Source: Methanomicrobia archaeon
GTDB taxonomy: Archaea; Halobacteriota; Bog-38; Methanoflorentales; Methanoflorentaceae
Length of the DNA: 64,000 nucleotides
Direction of reading: 5' to 3'
Assembly: GCA_015661395.1 (NCBI GenBank)
Contig: JACWML010000010.1
Coordinates: forward strand, 2,499-66,498
Part shown: positions 32,147-41,806 of the stretch, piece by piece
Numbering within the stretch: position 1 is the stretch's first letter
Layout of the letters: each line of letters opens with the position of its first letter
Notes under the pieces: model-generated
What the model saw: only the letters and a program-made list of their open reading frames with translations
What the model was told of the DNA's origin: nothing
Database searches by the model: none
Translations under genes and position numbers: made by a program

Positions 32147-32593
32147 GTGAGCACGAATGAAGCCGACGTAAGCTCGATAGCATACTGTGGTCTTCACTGC
32201 GGCGACTGTCCGAATCACTCGGGAGAGATTGCTGATTTAGCGCGCGATTTGCGCAAAAAGCTGCGCGAGTATCATTTCGAGCGGGTGGCTCCAGGGCTTG
32301 CCACGTTCTTCAAGCCATTCGCCAACTATGCGCCGTGTTACGAGACCCTTGGGGCAATGGTGAAGCTTCGGTGCAAACGCGGGTGCCGCGACAATGGCGG
32401 GCCACCGCAGTGCAAGATCAGGAATTGTTGCAGGAAGCACGAGTTTCAGGGGTGCTGGCAATGCACTGATTTTGAGACCTGCGAGAAGCTCAGTTTCCTC
32501 ACGGCGACGCACGAAGACGCTCACACGAAGAACCTCAGAACGATCAACAAGCGAGGGATCGATGCGTTCCTCGCGGGAAAGAGATATCGGTGA
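32147..32593 (+). CDS. DUF3795-family Cys-rich protein
   Basis: AYCGLHCGDC, C..GCR, CKIRNCC, CWQCTDF.C. Confidence 0.85.
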   Translation: MSTNEADVSSIAYCGLHCGDCPNHSGEIADLARDLRKKLREYHFERVAPGLATFFKPFANYAPCYETLGAMVKLRCKRGCRDNGGPPQCKIRNCCRKHEFQGCWQCTDFETCEKLSFLTATHEDAHTKNLRTINKRGIDAFLAGKRYR

Positions 32594-32756
32594 GTGTTGA
32601 TGCGTTCGGCGATCTTAGTTTCTCAGGTAATCACGACGGAGTACTTTATGTGCGTTCGCGCGCATACAAATCGATTAGAGCATTCCTTTTCTGCGTTCAT
32701 AGCTTACACTCTGGAGGCGAGAATCGGGGTGTGCTCGTTTAGAAGGGGAGACGGCG

Positions 32757-33008
32757 TTGTTTGGTAGTTGTCCTGGGACGTCGCATTTACGAACGCCCAC
32801 CCTGACTACTAAGAAGTGCCCGCGGTGCGGCGACTACGTGGAGATTTTCTCATCAGACGTCAAGGTCAAATGCGGCAAGTGTGGGCTCACGGTGTTTAAC
32901 GACATGAACCTGTGCATTCACTGGTGCGCCTATGCAAAAGAGTGCGTTGGCCCTGAACTCTACGAGCAGTTAACAAAGGGCGATAAGGAGCAAACTAAGT
33001 CGCCGTAG
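32757..33008 (+). CDS. Small Cys-rich zinc-ribbon protein
   Basis: CPG...CPRCG..VEIF...CGKCG...CIHWCAYAKECVG; GAAGGGGAG upstream. Confidence 0.8.
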   Translation: MFGSCPGTSHLRTPTLTTKKCPRCGDYVEIFSSDVKVKCGKCGLTVFNDMNLCIHWCAYAKECVGPELYEQLTKGDKEQTKSP

Positions 33009-33137
33009 CGTTTTAAGCTGCAGAAGCGGCAGCTCGCGGCGATTTTTCAAGGGTGAAACCTTATATCTATAAACGCTAACGTGTGTTGACGACTAGACCT
33101 TCGACCACCAACCGTATGGTTTGCTGGGGATCAAGAA

Positions 33138-35332
33138 GTGAACGAACGCAGCGATGCACCGCCTGAGCGCTTCGAAATAGTGTCTGGCTTTCTCCGCGCT
33201 TTTTCTGATGCCGCGGTGCTCACGGACGCTGAAGGCATCATCCTCGCCGTTAACGAAGCAGCTGTCGAGCGGATCAGCACTAGCGCTGCCACACTCGTCG
33301 GCGCCTACGCGTACGATGTTCTTCCTGCTGAGGCAGCGCAGAGGCGCCGGAGATGGATGGCAGAGGTCGTCGCCTCAGGTGCCCCGATGCACGTGGAAGA
33401 ATGGTGCGAAGGGCGACGTTTTCGAATATCCCTTTATCCTCTTGCCAAAACGAACGGCTCGGTCACACGCGTGCTCATGCTTGACCAGGCCGTGACGGAA
33501 GAGCGTGACGTCATTGACGAACAACAGCGCCTTGCTGTGCTTGACTCGGCAACTGACGCGATCATAATTTTTGATCTCGATGGGCACATAAAGTACTGGA
33601 ATAAGGGTGCCGAACAGCAGTATGGGTGGAAGCAAGACGACGTGCGCGGGGTGATAATCCATACGTTGCTTCACACTGTCTTTCCATCCCGCCTTGAGGA
33701 CATCATAGGTCAGCTCTTGCGTGCGGGAAGGTGGGCGGGAGAGTTACGACATACCACTCGCGCCGGCATCGCCATTACGGTCATGAGCCACTGGACGTTG
33801 CAGTACGGTGCACGGAATGTGCCGGTGGCGATCCTCGAGACTGCGCGGGATATCACTGAGCGGAAGCAGGCTGAAGAGAAGCTCCGTGCCGCCTCGCTCT
33901 ACGCAAGAAGCCTTATCGAAGCAAGTCTCGATCCCCTCGTCACCATCAATGCTGACGGAAAACCGACAGGTCTTTTCTGACGGCTTCGTCAGAGACTACC
34001 CTCTGGCCATTCGGCACAAATCGGGCAGAATCACGGATGTGTTGTACAACGCGACACTGTTCAAGAATGAACGGAACGAGATTCAAGGAGTTTTTGCAGC
34101 TGCGCGGGATCGAGGTTATCCACGTCATCAACGAAGCTAGCGACCTTCCTACGTTGTTTGGAGAGGCCCTAGCTACGACGATTGAGCTGCTGGGGTTTGC
34201 TGCTGGATTCATTGCCACTGAAAACGAAGCTGGGCGGCTGCAGGTGCGTTATGCACATAACTTACCTTCAGCTTTCGTTGAATCCCTCGATCAGATCGAT
34301 ATCGACGCCACCCCCTACGTGCGAGACGTGTTTCGGAAAGGGGAATCTGTTGTCGTCGAGGAACTCCCTGCTGACGCGCTTGCTTCAAGGCACGGAGTGC
34401 ACGGAGCCGCCGTTTCCGTTCCCGTCTTCGCCGAAGGTGCCCTTATTGGACAATTCACGATATACGCGATGCGCCCGCACTCGTTTACGCCAGAGGAGCG
34501 AAATCTGCTTCGCACGATCGCAACCGAATTCGGCACGGCGTTGTCGAAGCTTGAGGCACAGGCAGCCGCTCATCACTACGCCGAGGAACTCGCGCAATAT
34601 TCTGCACATCTTGAAGAGCTCGTAGAGAAACGCACTGCGCAGCTCAGGGACGTCGAGCGCCTCGCCGGCATCGGGGAGACCGCTGCTATGATCGGTCACG
34701 ATCTCCGCAATCCCTTGCAAGGTCTCCAGTACATTGTCGATCTGCAGAGGCTCCGCTTCGAACGCATGTCTCCCGCCGACCGCAGCCGCGACGAGTGGCA
34801 AAAAGAACAAGCGCTCTTTGCCAGGATCAGCGACCAGATTTTTTACATGGACAAGATTGTTGGCGACCTCCAGGACTACGCCCGTCCGATCGTCCCTGAG
34901 CGCGAAGAGATCGTTGTCGAGAAGCTGATCGAAGACGTCGTTCAATCGCTGCCGCACACGGATGGTGTGCGCATTGCGACGGAGGTTCCAGACCTGCAAT
35001 TGATGGCGGATCCCCATCTGATGCATCGCGTGTTAGCAAACCTAATCCTCAACGCCGTGCAGGCGATGCCGGACGGTGGGACGGTCACCGTTAGCGCATC
35101 TACCGACGATGGCTCGGTGGCGATAAGCGTGCACGATACTGGCATCGGCATTCCGAACGACGCTAAAGACAAGCTCTTTAAACCGCTCTTTACCGGCAAG
35201 GCGAAGGGAACGGGACTTGGTTTAGCAGTGGTGAAGCGGATCGTCGAGGCGCACGCTGGGCGAATAACTGTTGAGAGTGAAGTCGGAAAAGGATCAACGT
35301 TTACCGTAAATTTCCCCAGCACTGAGGGTTGA
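33138..35332 (+). pseudogene. PAS-PAS-(PAS)-GAF histidine kinase broken at two frame-shifting junctions (about 33960 and 34110)
   Basis: PAS domains at 33138-33980, a PAC fragment in a second frame, then GAF + H-box GHDLRNPL + HATPase (NAVQAM, DTGIG, GTGLGL) in the frame of 34037..35332. Confidence 0.8.
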
Positions 35333-35623
35333 AAGTCGAACGCGACTCGTCGTTCAGAAGTTAACGTGTCTAGAGCTGCTGAAGCTGCCACGCCCCCCCT
35401 TTTCTTTGTTTTTGGTCTTCCTAAAGCGAACTTTCTTGGTGGAAGGTTCTTATTCCTACCGCGGAAACCTAATCTGAAGAAAGGGGATGTGCGTGCAGTT
35501 GTTAGCGATACTACGTGTTTTGGAGTTCGTCGCGGGCGTTGAAGACGCGCGCGTCTCGTGGGAGTTAGGGCCACAAATACTGCGGATGATGACATCCGGC
35601 ACCGCGTCAAAGAGGGGTTAGAC

Positions 35624-35926
35624 GTGGGCGCCATCGCAGAGACCAATCAAAAGGAGCGCCGAGATCAGTTCTTCTGTCAGCTTGCACGCCGCCATCTTGA
35701 CGCCGGTGAAAGCGACAAAGACGGCTGGGTGATCGTTCCCGAAGCAACGGGAACGTCAGCAGGTTACAATGAACGTGAAATACAAGGCTTTCTTGAGCGT
35801 CTCGTAGAGGACGGGTGGATCGAAGTGAAGGATCCTGCTCGGACCGGCGGAATCCATGCACGATTGACATCAGCAGGCAGAGCGCGTGCGCAAGTGATCT
35901 GCAAGGACGCGCCGTTTGCTCAATAA
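35624..35926 (+). CDS. Winged-helix-like hypothetical protein
   Basis: FLERLVEDGWIE...RLTSAGR wing motif; GAGGGGT upstream of GTG. Confidence 0.55.
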   Translation: MGAIAETNQKERRDQFFCQLARRHLDAGESDKDGWVIVPEATGTSAGYNEREIQGFLERLVEDGWIEVKDPARTGGIHARLTSAGRARAQVICKDAPFAQ

Positions 35927-36205
35927 CAGTTGGACTGCGATTCTCGTGCGCGGAAGGATGGCGGGGACCTTGTGGTGGAGAGAGACTGGAGAAATAGCTG
36001 TTGTCGCATAGCGGTAGAAGGCGAGACACATCCGACATCGGCCGTCGCTTGTCCGCTGACACTCTCGGGTTTTCGCTGCGGTGGTGTTATTGACGTGCTC
36101 ACGCGCGTGTCGTATCTGACGCGCATGACGACGGCGAGAGTCCACTGCACGCTTCCCACCAGCTAATTAAGTAATGAATGCACACGAACGAGCGGTGATG
36201 GTACG

Positions 36206-36538
36206 ATGGACTTCGACGAATGCATCCGGTTTGCAACGGAGCACCCCATATGTGCGGTTGCGACCGTCGACGGCGACCAGCCGCGGGTTCGCATGTTGGG
36301 AATGTGGTTTGCGGCCAAGGAAGGCTTCTATTTCTCCACAGCGAAGGTGATGCGGGCGTCAGGCGTGGTCGCGTTCCTTGATGACCCGAAGCTCAAAGAG
36401 CGTCTTCTTGAGGACCGCCCGTTCTTGCGTCCTACTGCTGAGAACATCGCCATATTCCGCGTTGAGAAAGGCGATGCGTGGTTCTGGACCTTTTCCGACA
36501 GCGGGCGCGAGTCTGCGATTGAAAGGATCTCCTTTTAG
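36206..36538 (+). CDS. Pyridoxamine 5'-phosphate oxidase-like protein, apparently internally shortened
   Basis: VATVDGDQPRVR, GFYFST; the usual NPKVE-type segment seems absent. Confidence 0.7.
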   Translation: MDFDECIRFATEHPICAVATVDGDQPRVRMLGMWFAAKEGFYFSTAKVMRASGVVAFLDDPKLKERLLEDRPFLRPTAENIAIFRVEKGDAWFWTFSDSGRESAIERISF

Positions 36539-36583
36539 GTGAGCACAGGAGGAAGCGAAACCAGAGATCGAACGGAGAGCGAT

Positions 36584-37204
36584 ATGACAACTCAAGAACT
36601 TACCACCAAAGACGCGATCGAGCAAAGGCACAGCATTCGGAAATTTAAAAACGACCGTATTCCCGACGAGCATATTTTGGCGCTTATAGAAGCTGCTAGA
36701 TTGGCGCCCTCAGCCTCCAATACGCAACCGTGGCGGTTCAAGATTGTTTCCGACGACGAGACCAAGGTCAAACTGGTAGAAGCAGCGTATCACCAGTCAT
36801 TTGTGGGGCAGGCTCCGGTGGTGCTGGTATGCTGCGCCGACCTCCACGGCTACTTCGAAGGCATCGCCGCGAGAAGTCAGGATTTTGGAAAGGAAGGCGC
36901 GCTTGAGGAGAGCATGGTGCGCGTTCTTCGTGAGAGGGCCGACCAACTGAAAACGATGAACGTCCAAGATATGGCTCCTAGCATCGCTTTCAACGTCGCT
37001 ATCGCGATTGAACATATCGTGTTGCGGGCCTTGGATTTTGGCTTGGGGAGTTGCTGGGTGAGAATGATCGATGAACAAAAGATCAAGGACATTTTTGGCT
37101 GGAGTAACGCAATGCACGTCGTTGCACTGCTGCCGCTCGGCTACCCTGATGAGGTCCCTGCTCCACGAAAGCGGCGCACTGTCGAGGAGATCCTGTTGGA
37201 CTGA
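36584..37204 (+). CDS. Nitroreductase-family protein
   Basis: RHSIRKF, APSASNTQPWRF, GLGSCW, LGYP. Confidence 0.93.
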   Translation: MTTQELTTKDAIEQRHSIRKFKNDRIPDEHILALIEAARLAPSASNTQPWRFKIVSDDETKVKLVEAAYHQSFVGQAPVVLVCCADLHGYFEGIAARSQDFGKEGALEESMVRVLRERADQLKTMNVQDMAPSIAFNVAIAIEHIVLRALDFGLGSCWVRMIDEQKIKDIFGWSNAMHVVALLPLGYPDEVPAPRKRRTVEEILLD

Positions 37205-37245
37205 AATAGTGGCTAGGGCATACGTAAGTTTGGCCGAAAGACAAA

Positions 37246-37398
37246 TCAGTGCAAGCTGAGGCTTTCAAGGTCTCTTCGGTCGTTTTCAAATCGTATTTGG
37301 TCGAGAAGACTTTTGAGCTCGGCTTTTGATTCGTTTAAGCTCTTTTCTAACTTCGTCACGCGTTCCTTTAGGTCATTTATTTCGTTTTCGTAGTCCAT
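37246..37398 (-). CDS. Small coiled-coil protein (50 aa)
   Basis: Hand translation MDYENEINDLKERVTKLEKSLNESKAELKSLLDQIRFENDRRDLESLSLH; clear heptad periodicity. Confidence 0.6.
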   Translation of the reverse strand: MDYENEINDLKERVTKLEKSLNESKAELKSLLDQIRFENDRRDLESLSLH

Positions 37399-37457
37399 TT
37401 TTGCAAGCCGCCATTTCTTCGTAATGAGTCTGTGTGAAACGCAGCAGCACTAATGCA

Positions 37458-37712
37458 TTACGATGGCTCGTACCACCCGTACTCGCGCTGCTGATGCGAT
37501 CGCACCCGTATCTTGCTTACAATCTGTCGCAGTTGCTGTCGGGCGCTGTCAGGAAGCCACGCATCGTGCACACGGTTCTGTAGGTACTGATACGCTTTCC
37601 AATTACACGAACACATTCGCAGTAGTTTTTCGGCCGCTATATCGGCATAGTCGTTCTTGTAGTCCGCGAGTTCGAGTATGAGCTCGTCGACTTCCACGCA
37701 CTCGTTGTTCAC
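37458..37712 (-). CDS. Hypothetical helical protein
   Basis: 84-aa ORF with protein-like composition, co-oriented with the coiled-coil ORF. Confidence 0.5.
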   Translation of the reverse strand: MNNECVEVDELILELADYKNDYADIAAEKLLRMCSCNWKAYQYLQNRVHDAWLPDSARQQLRQIVSKIRVRSHQQREYGWYEPS

Positions 37713-37808
37713 ATTTGAAAATGCGTGTGAACCCGGATAGTCATTGGCTGAGAGCGGCGCGGAAGTAGTCTTGCGGTCACCGCTTACCCCCCCGGCCTAC
37801 GCACGCTG

Positions 37809-37885
37809 GTGTGACACAAAAGCCCTGTCACGCTTTCCCACACAAACGCCCTGTCACGGTTTTACACGAAATCGCTGCCTCACGC
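37809..37885. repeat. GTGACA-N9-TGTCAC palindrome embedded in 2-3 degenerate direct repeats of about 25 bp
   Basis: ACACAAAAGCCCTGTCACG / ACACAAACGCCCTGTCACG / ACACGAAATCGCTGCCTCACG. Confidence 0.65.
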
Positions 37886-37931
37886 GGCCTTATGAAACTA
37901 CTCTGTGCAGTTTGGATCGGAGATGAACGTT

Positions 37932-38090
37932 ATGGCAACGAACGTAACGAGCATAAGAAACGGCGCCTGTCTGTACGGACTTCGCTTCGGCTGCGTGAAC
38001 ACGACCAACGATCCGAACTGCAACAAGTGTGCAGAGCGCCTCGCCAACGCCGTGAACAGCGTGCTTCGACCGACCGCACCAAATAGCTAG
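37932..38090 (+). CDS. Small Cys-rich protein, paralog of 18016..18216
   Basis: MATNVT...C...C...PNCNKCAERLANAVNSVLRP; GGAG upstream. Confidence 0.6.
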   Translation: MATNVTSIRNGACLYGLRFGCVNTTNDPNCNKCAERLANAVNSVLRPTAPNS

Positions 38091-38239
38091 ACCTAAACGT
38101 GCTGCAAAGCTCGCTACACCGACTTTTTTTGATTAACAGGTGCGGCACGTTGTGGTTAAGCTCTTTTGTAGGTCGACGCAGTCACAGCGTTTCGATGCGG
38201 TTTTGGGGCGCTTCTACCCATAAACTTTCAATTGCTGAT

Positions 38240-38326
38240 TTATGGCACCACCAAAAACTGGGCCACGACGGCGAGGACGCTTACGAGCACCAACACGCCG
38301 CACATTATCGCGACTTTTCGTCTCAT
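38240..38326 (-). CDS. 28-aa single-TM peptide or signal-peptide remnant
   Basis: Hand translation MRRKVAIMCGVLVLVSVLAVVAQFLVVP; GAGGT upstream. Confidence 0.4.
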   Translation of the reverse strand: MRRKVAIMCGVLVLVSVLAVVAQFLVVP

Positions 38327-38534
38327 GCGGCTGACCTCTTAGCACGTTCGCGTTCCAAGCAAGCAAAACAGAGACACAAAAAAAAGAAGTGCCGCCGCTT
38401 ACGCATTTTCCTCTGATCTCGGTTGCCCTCGGACGCGACGTTTGAAGACAACGCTATGCGCTTTCCAGACTGCTTTATGAGTAGAGCTACCAAATTTGGC
38501 CAGCATCTGCTATAGCCAAACCGTCGTCAGAGTA

Positions 38535-39068
38535 TCACGGGGGAGATGGCAAGTATTCATACGCACCGATCCAGACGTATTGATCAGTCTGCAGAATCAG
38601 ATTACCTGGAGTTCCTAGCGACGCCCCGGTATCATAAATGGCATAAACAGTCGTTGCGTTCCCTTTTGCGCGCTGATTCGCTTCTGGACTAAGCTTACTC
38701 GGATACGAGGTCGCTACCAACCGATAACCAGCGTTATTATTATTAACGTATGTTGTCGCCGCGTCAGGAGAACCGAACCGGATCAGCGTGACGTTTTCAC
38801 TGTAGGTGAGGTTTACCGCGCTGTTGGTAGATGACGGGTACGTCCACGCATCTGTTATAACCGCAGATGATGCATTTATCGGCGTGACAAGCCACGCAGT
38901 CAAATTATTTGGATGTTCGGCCCTCAACGTCGTGTTATACGCCTCGATATATTGTGCAAGCTGAGGATCTGGCGGCGTCACTGCCGTCGTGGTTGACTTA
39001 ATGCAACCGGCCATGGATAGTGATGCGACGATAAGGAGCGCAATAACCACTGCCTCTTTTTTTGCCAT
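38535..39068 (-). CDS. Lipoprotein of unknown function
   Basis: Signal peptide with MAGC lipobox; several N-x-S/T sequons. Confidence 0.8.
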   Translation of the reverse strand: MAKKEAVVIALLIVASLSMAGCIKSTTTAVTPPDPQLAQYIEAYNTTLRAEHPNNLTAWLVTPINASSAVITDAWTYPSSTNSAVNLTYSENVTLIRFGSPDAATTYVNNNNAGYRLVATSYPSKLSPEANQRAKGNATTVYAIYDTGASLGTPGNLILQTDQYVWIGAYEYLPSPP

Positions 39069-39549
39069 CCGTTTCGCCTTCTTAAACGTCCTGTGCGTTC
39101 AAAAAACTAATCAAATACGTTGCATGGGTGAGAAGAAACTTAAGCCTTTCTGAGCTGGTGTCCAAGCACCGCAAGAAGCGGCGAGCGGCTTTCGCGACAG
39201 ACTGTGGTGGTCGAATACCGATTGGGGCGGTTTGGGGGACCATGACGCGCCGAGCTCCTCTTTATGTATAGTATAGCTCTTTGCTGGCGTAAACAAAAGA
39301 AAACGGGGCAGCTGTGGTTGGATCCACACAGTTTGCTCCCACGAAATGGCGTCTTATCGAAATGGGCGACGTCGCTCGGCCACCCGATGTGGCTTTGTCT
39401 CCTAGCTCCCGGAGGCTACCGAAAAGCTTATTACGTCCTTAACGCCTACATTTCGGAAGAGTTCAAGGAAAGGCACCCAGATTTTCAGAGCATTTAGGCA
39501 CGATTAACAGGCAAATTTTAAACCAGGCCCCAACGGCAGATACCACAGC

Positions 39550-40485
39550 ATGACTGATGCCATCGTAACAGAGAACCTGCGCAAACAGTTTGGCCAGTTC
39601 GAGGCACTCAAGGACCTGAACTTGACAATAGAGCCAGGGGTCTGTGTGGGATATCTTGGCCCCAACGGCGCCGGTAAGACCACCACAATCAAGATTTTAA
39701 CTAGCCTTCTTCGACCGACTGGTGGCAAAGCGTTCCTCAACGGAATCGACGTGGTGCGCAACCCTAAAGAAGCGCTTGCAAGCGTTGGTGCTGTTGTTGA
39801 GACGCCACAGCTTTATCCGCAGCTCACCCCCCTAGAGATTCTATCGTACATGGGGCAGTTACGCGGCTTGGACAGCGATGTTATTCGAGAGCGCTCGACC
39901 GCAGTGCTCGACGAGGTTAAAATGTCGGACTCAGCCCACAAGAGAACGGGGGACTTCTCGACCGGCATGAAGCAACGAGTTGCGATTGCCTCGGCGCTCC
40001 TCCACGATCCATCCATTCTGATATTCGATGAGCCAACTATCGGACTTGATCCGCGCGGCATGATAGAAGTCAGGGAGATCATCATGCAGCTTAAAGAGAG
40101 AGATTTTACTATTTTCATGAGCTCTCACCTCCTTTACGAGGTACAGGAAGTGTGCGATAAGGTCGCGATCGTTGACAAGGGGACGCTCCTCGTCTACGAC
40201 TCCGTCGCCAACCTGTCGCACGCAGGCGAGGGTGGCGTCTCGCTCACCGCCGTTGAGCCGATAACCGCGGAACAATGTGCCTCCGTGCGGGCTCTGCCTA
40301 ACGTAAGATCGGTAAAGCGAGTCGACCCGTCAGAGCTCCTTATAACGGTCGAGGGCGGGTTGAGCGAGCAGTCAGACCTGCTTGACCAGGTAAAAAATAT
40401 CGGCGTACGTGTAGCATTCTACAGACCTACTCGGTCTGCTATTGAAGATGTTTATTTGAGGCTTGTGCCAGAGGAGGAGTCATAG
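39550..40485 (+). CDS. ABC exporter ATP-binding protein
   Basis: GPNGAGKTT, FSTGMKQR, FDEPTIGLDP, SSH. Confidence 0.95.
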   Translation: MTDAIVTENLRKQFGQFEALKDLNLTIEPGVCVGYLGPNGAGKTTTIKILTSLLRPTGGKAFLNGIDVVRNPKEALASVGAVVETPQLYPQLTPLEILSYMGQLRGLDSDVIRERSTAVLDEVKMSDSAHKRTGDFSTGMKQRVAIASALLHDPSILIFDEPTIGLDPRGMIEVREIIMQLKERDFTIFMSSHLLYEVQEVCDKVAIVDKGTLLVYDSVANLSHAGEGGVSLTAVEPITAEQCASVRALPNVRSVKRVDPSELLITVEGGLSEQSDLLDQVKNIGVRVAFYRPTRSAIEDVYLRLVPEEES

Positions 40486-41309
40486 TGCCGCCAAGTGATC
40501 TTAGGCAGATGGCGGTTGTGACAAAGTACGAGCTCCTCAAGTACCTACGGGGCAAAAGGCTGCTCATCATTATTGCACTGATTGCCATAATAGGTATTCT
40601 AAACCTAGTCGTGCCCCCTACCATAGGCTCTGGGTATGACCCTGATCCGACGACATTTTCGTCGAGTATGCTTACCGAAATCGGAATCCTTATTGTGCTC
40701 TGTGCGACGTTCTTCGGGGCAGACGCAATCGTGTCTGAATTTGAACAAAAGACAGGCCTTCTGCTTTTCCCGAACGCTGTGAAGAGGCACGTGCTCGTGC
40801 TTGGCAAGTTCATCGCAAGCGCCCTGATATCGGTCGGGGCAGTCGCGCTTTACTACGCCATTACCGTAATAGCGGTAGTTGCGATTGACGGGAGCATTGC
40901 CGCGAACACCAGCCTCTCATTCTTGTATGCCTTAGCCTATTTGTTTGGGATATTGGCGATCGCCTATCTGTTCAGTGCCATTTTTAGAAGCTCAGTGTAT
41001 TCGGTCGTGCTGACGTTTTTTACGTTTTTTTTGATACTACCCATAATTGATCGTGTAGGGGGTAGCATAGCACACTTTAAGCCGTGGTTTACAATTACCT
41101 TTGCGTCGGGCATTGTTCTCGACATCTTCCAGCAGCCCTACCCTGTGGATGTGGTGCGCACCGTAGAGCGGACATTTCGTAACACTACGAGAACTCTTAC
41201 TGTCGCGCAGTACTACCCTTCGGTGGCGCAGGCGCTCGCGGTGATTTTCGTGTACTTCATAATTGGTCTCATATTAGCCCTGTGGCTAACGAAGCGACGG
41301 GAGATGTGA
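40485..41309 (+). CDS. ABC-2 type permease
   Basis: About six TM segments, IVSEFEQKT...LVLGKF motif; coupled to the ATPase gene. Confidence 0.9.
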   Translation: MPPSDLRQMAVVTKYELLKYLRGKRLLIIIALIAIIGILNLVVPPTIGSGYDPDPTTFSSSMLTEIGILIVLCATFFGADAIVSEFEQKTGLLLFPNAVKRHVLVLGKFIASALISVGAVALYYAITVIAVVAIDGSIAANTSLSFLYALAYLFGILAIAYLFSAIFRSSVYSVVLTFFTFFLILPIIDRVGGSIAHFKPWFTITFASGIVLDIFQQPYPVDVVRTVERTFRNTTRTLTVAQYYPSVAQALAVIFVYFIIGLILALWLTKRREM

Positions 41310-41806
41310 ACACGAGAACAACTGAGACGCAGTTTAACTGGTCGCTTCCCAGACGTCCGGATAGCTGCTAGCCGCCCACCACATCACCTATCGTCGCGGG
41401 TCGGGCCGCCTGCGCCCAAGTTGTTGGCACAATGGTTTTCTGTGAGCGAACGCCTTGCTACGCCCTTTGGCATGTGATGAATGACCCTCTCACGACGCTA
41501 CGCCCACAATCGTGTCGCGATTCGCCCTTTGCGCATCTCATCATTAAAAGAAAAGGGAACGCGCGCTACACACGGTTGTCGTGAAAGCCTGACCAGGGCT
41601 TCGTGCCCTTTTTCAGCGTGCGCCTGTGCCAGGGCGCGAAAAAGTAGCTGGCGCCCTCCTTTTAGTGCATCAGGTTGTCTCGTGCCGGAGCAAACCGTGA
41701 TGAGGATTTGCAGACTCGTTAGTTCCCTTTCAGCGTTGAACAAGTCGTCGTGCGATCAAGCGTCTAACTGACCAGAGCGAAGTTGGCGCGATCTGCGGGG
41801 ACAGAG

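Noticed and set aside
33978..33980. Selenocysteine or read-through at the TGA ending the PAS ORF
   Set aside because: Homology continues in a different frame before the stop, so this is a deletion/frameshift rather than recoding
37809..37885. Possible mini-CRISPR array
   Set aside because: Repeats nearly abut without spacers of about 30-40 nt, are degenerate, and no cas genes are present
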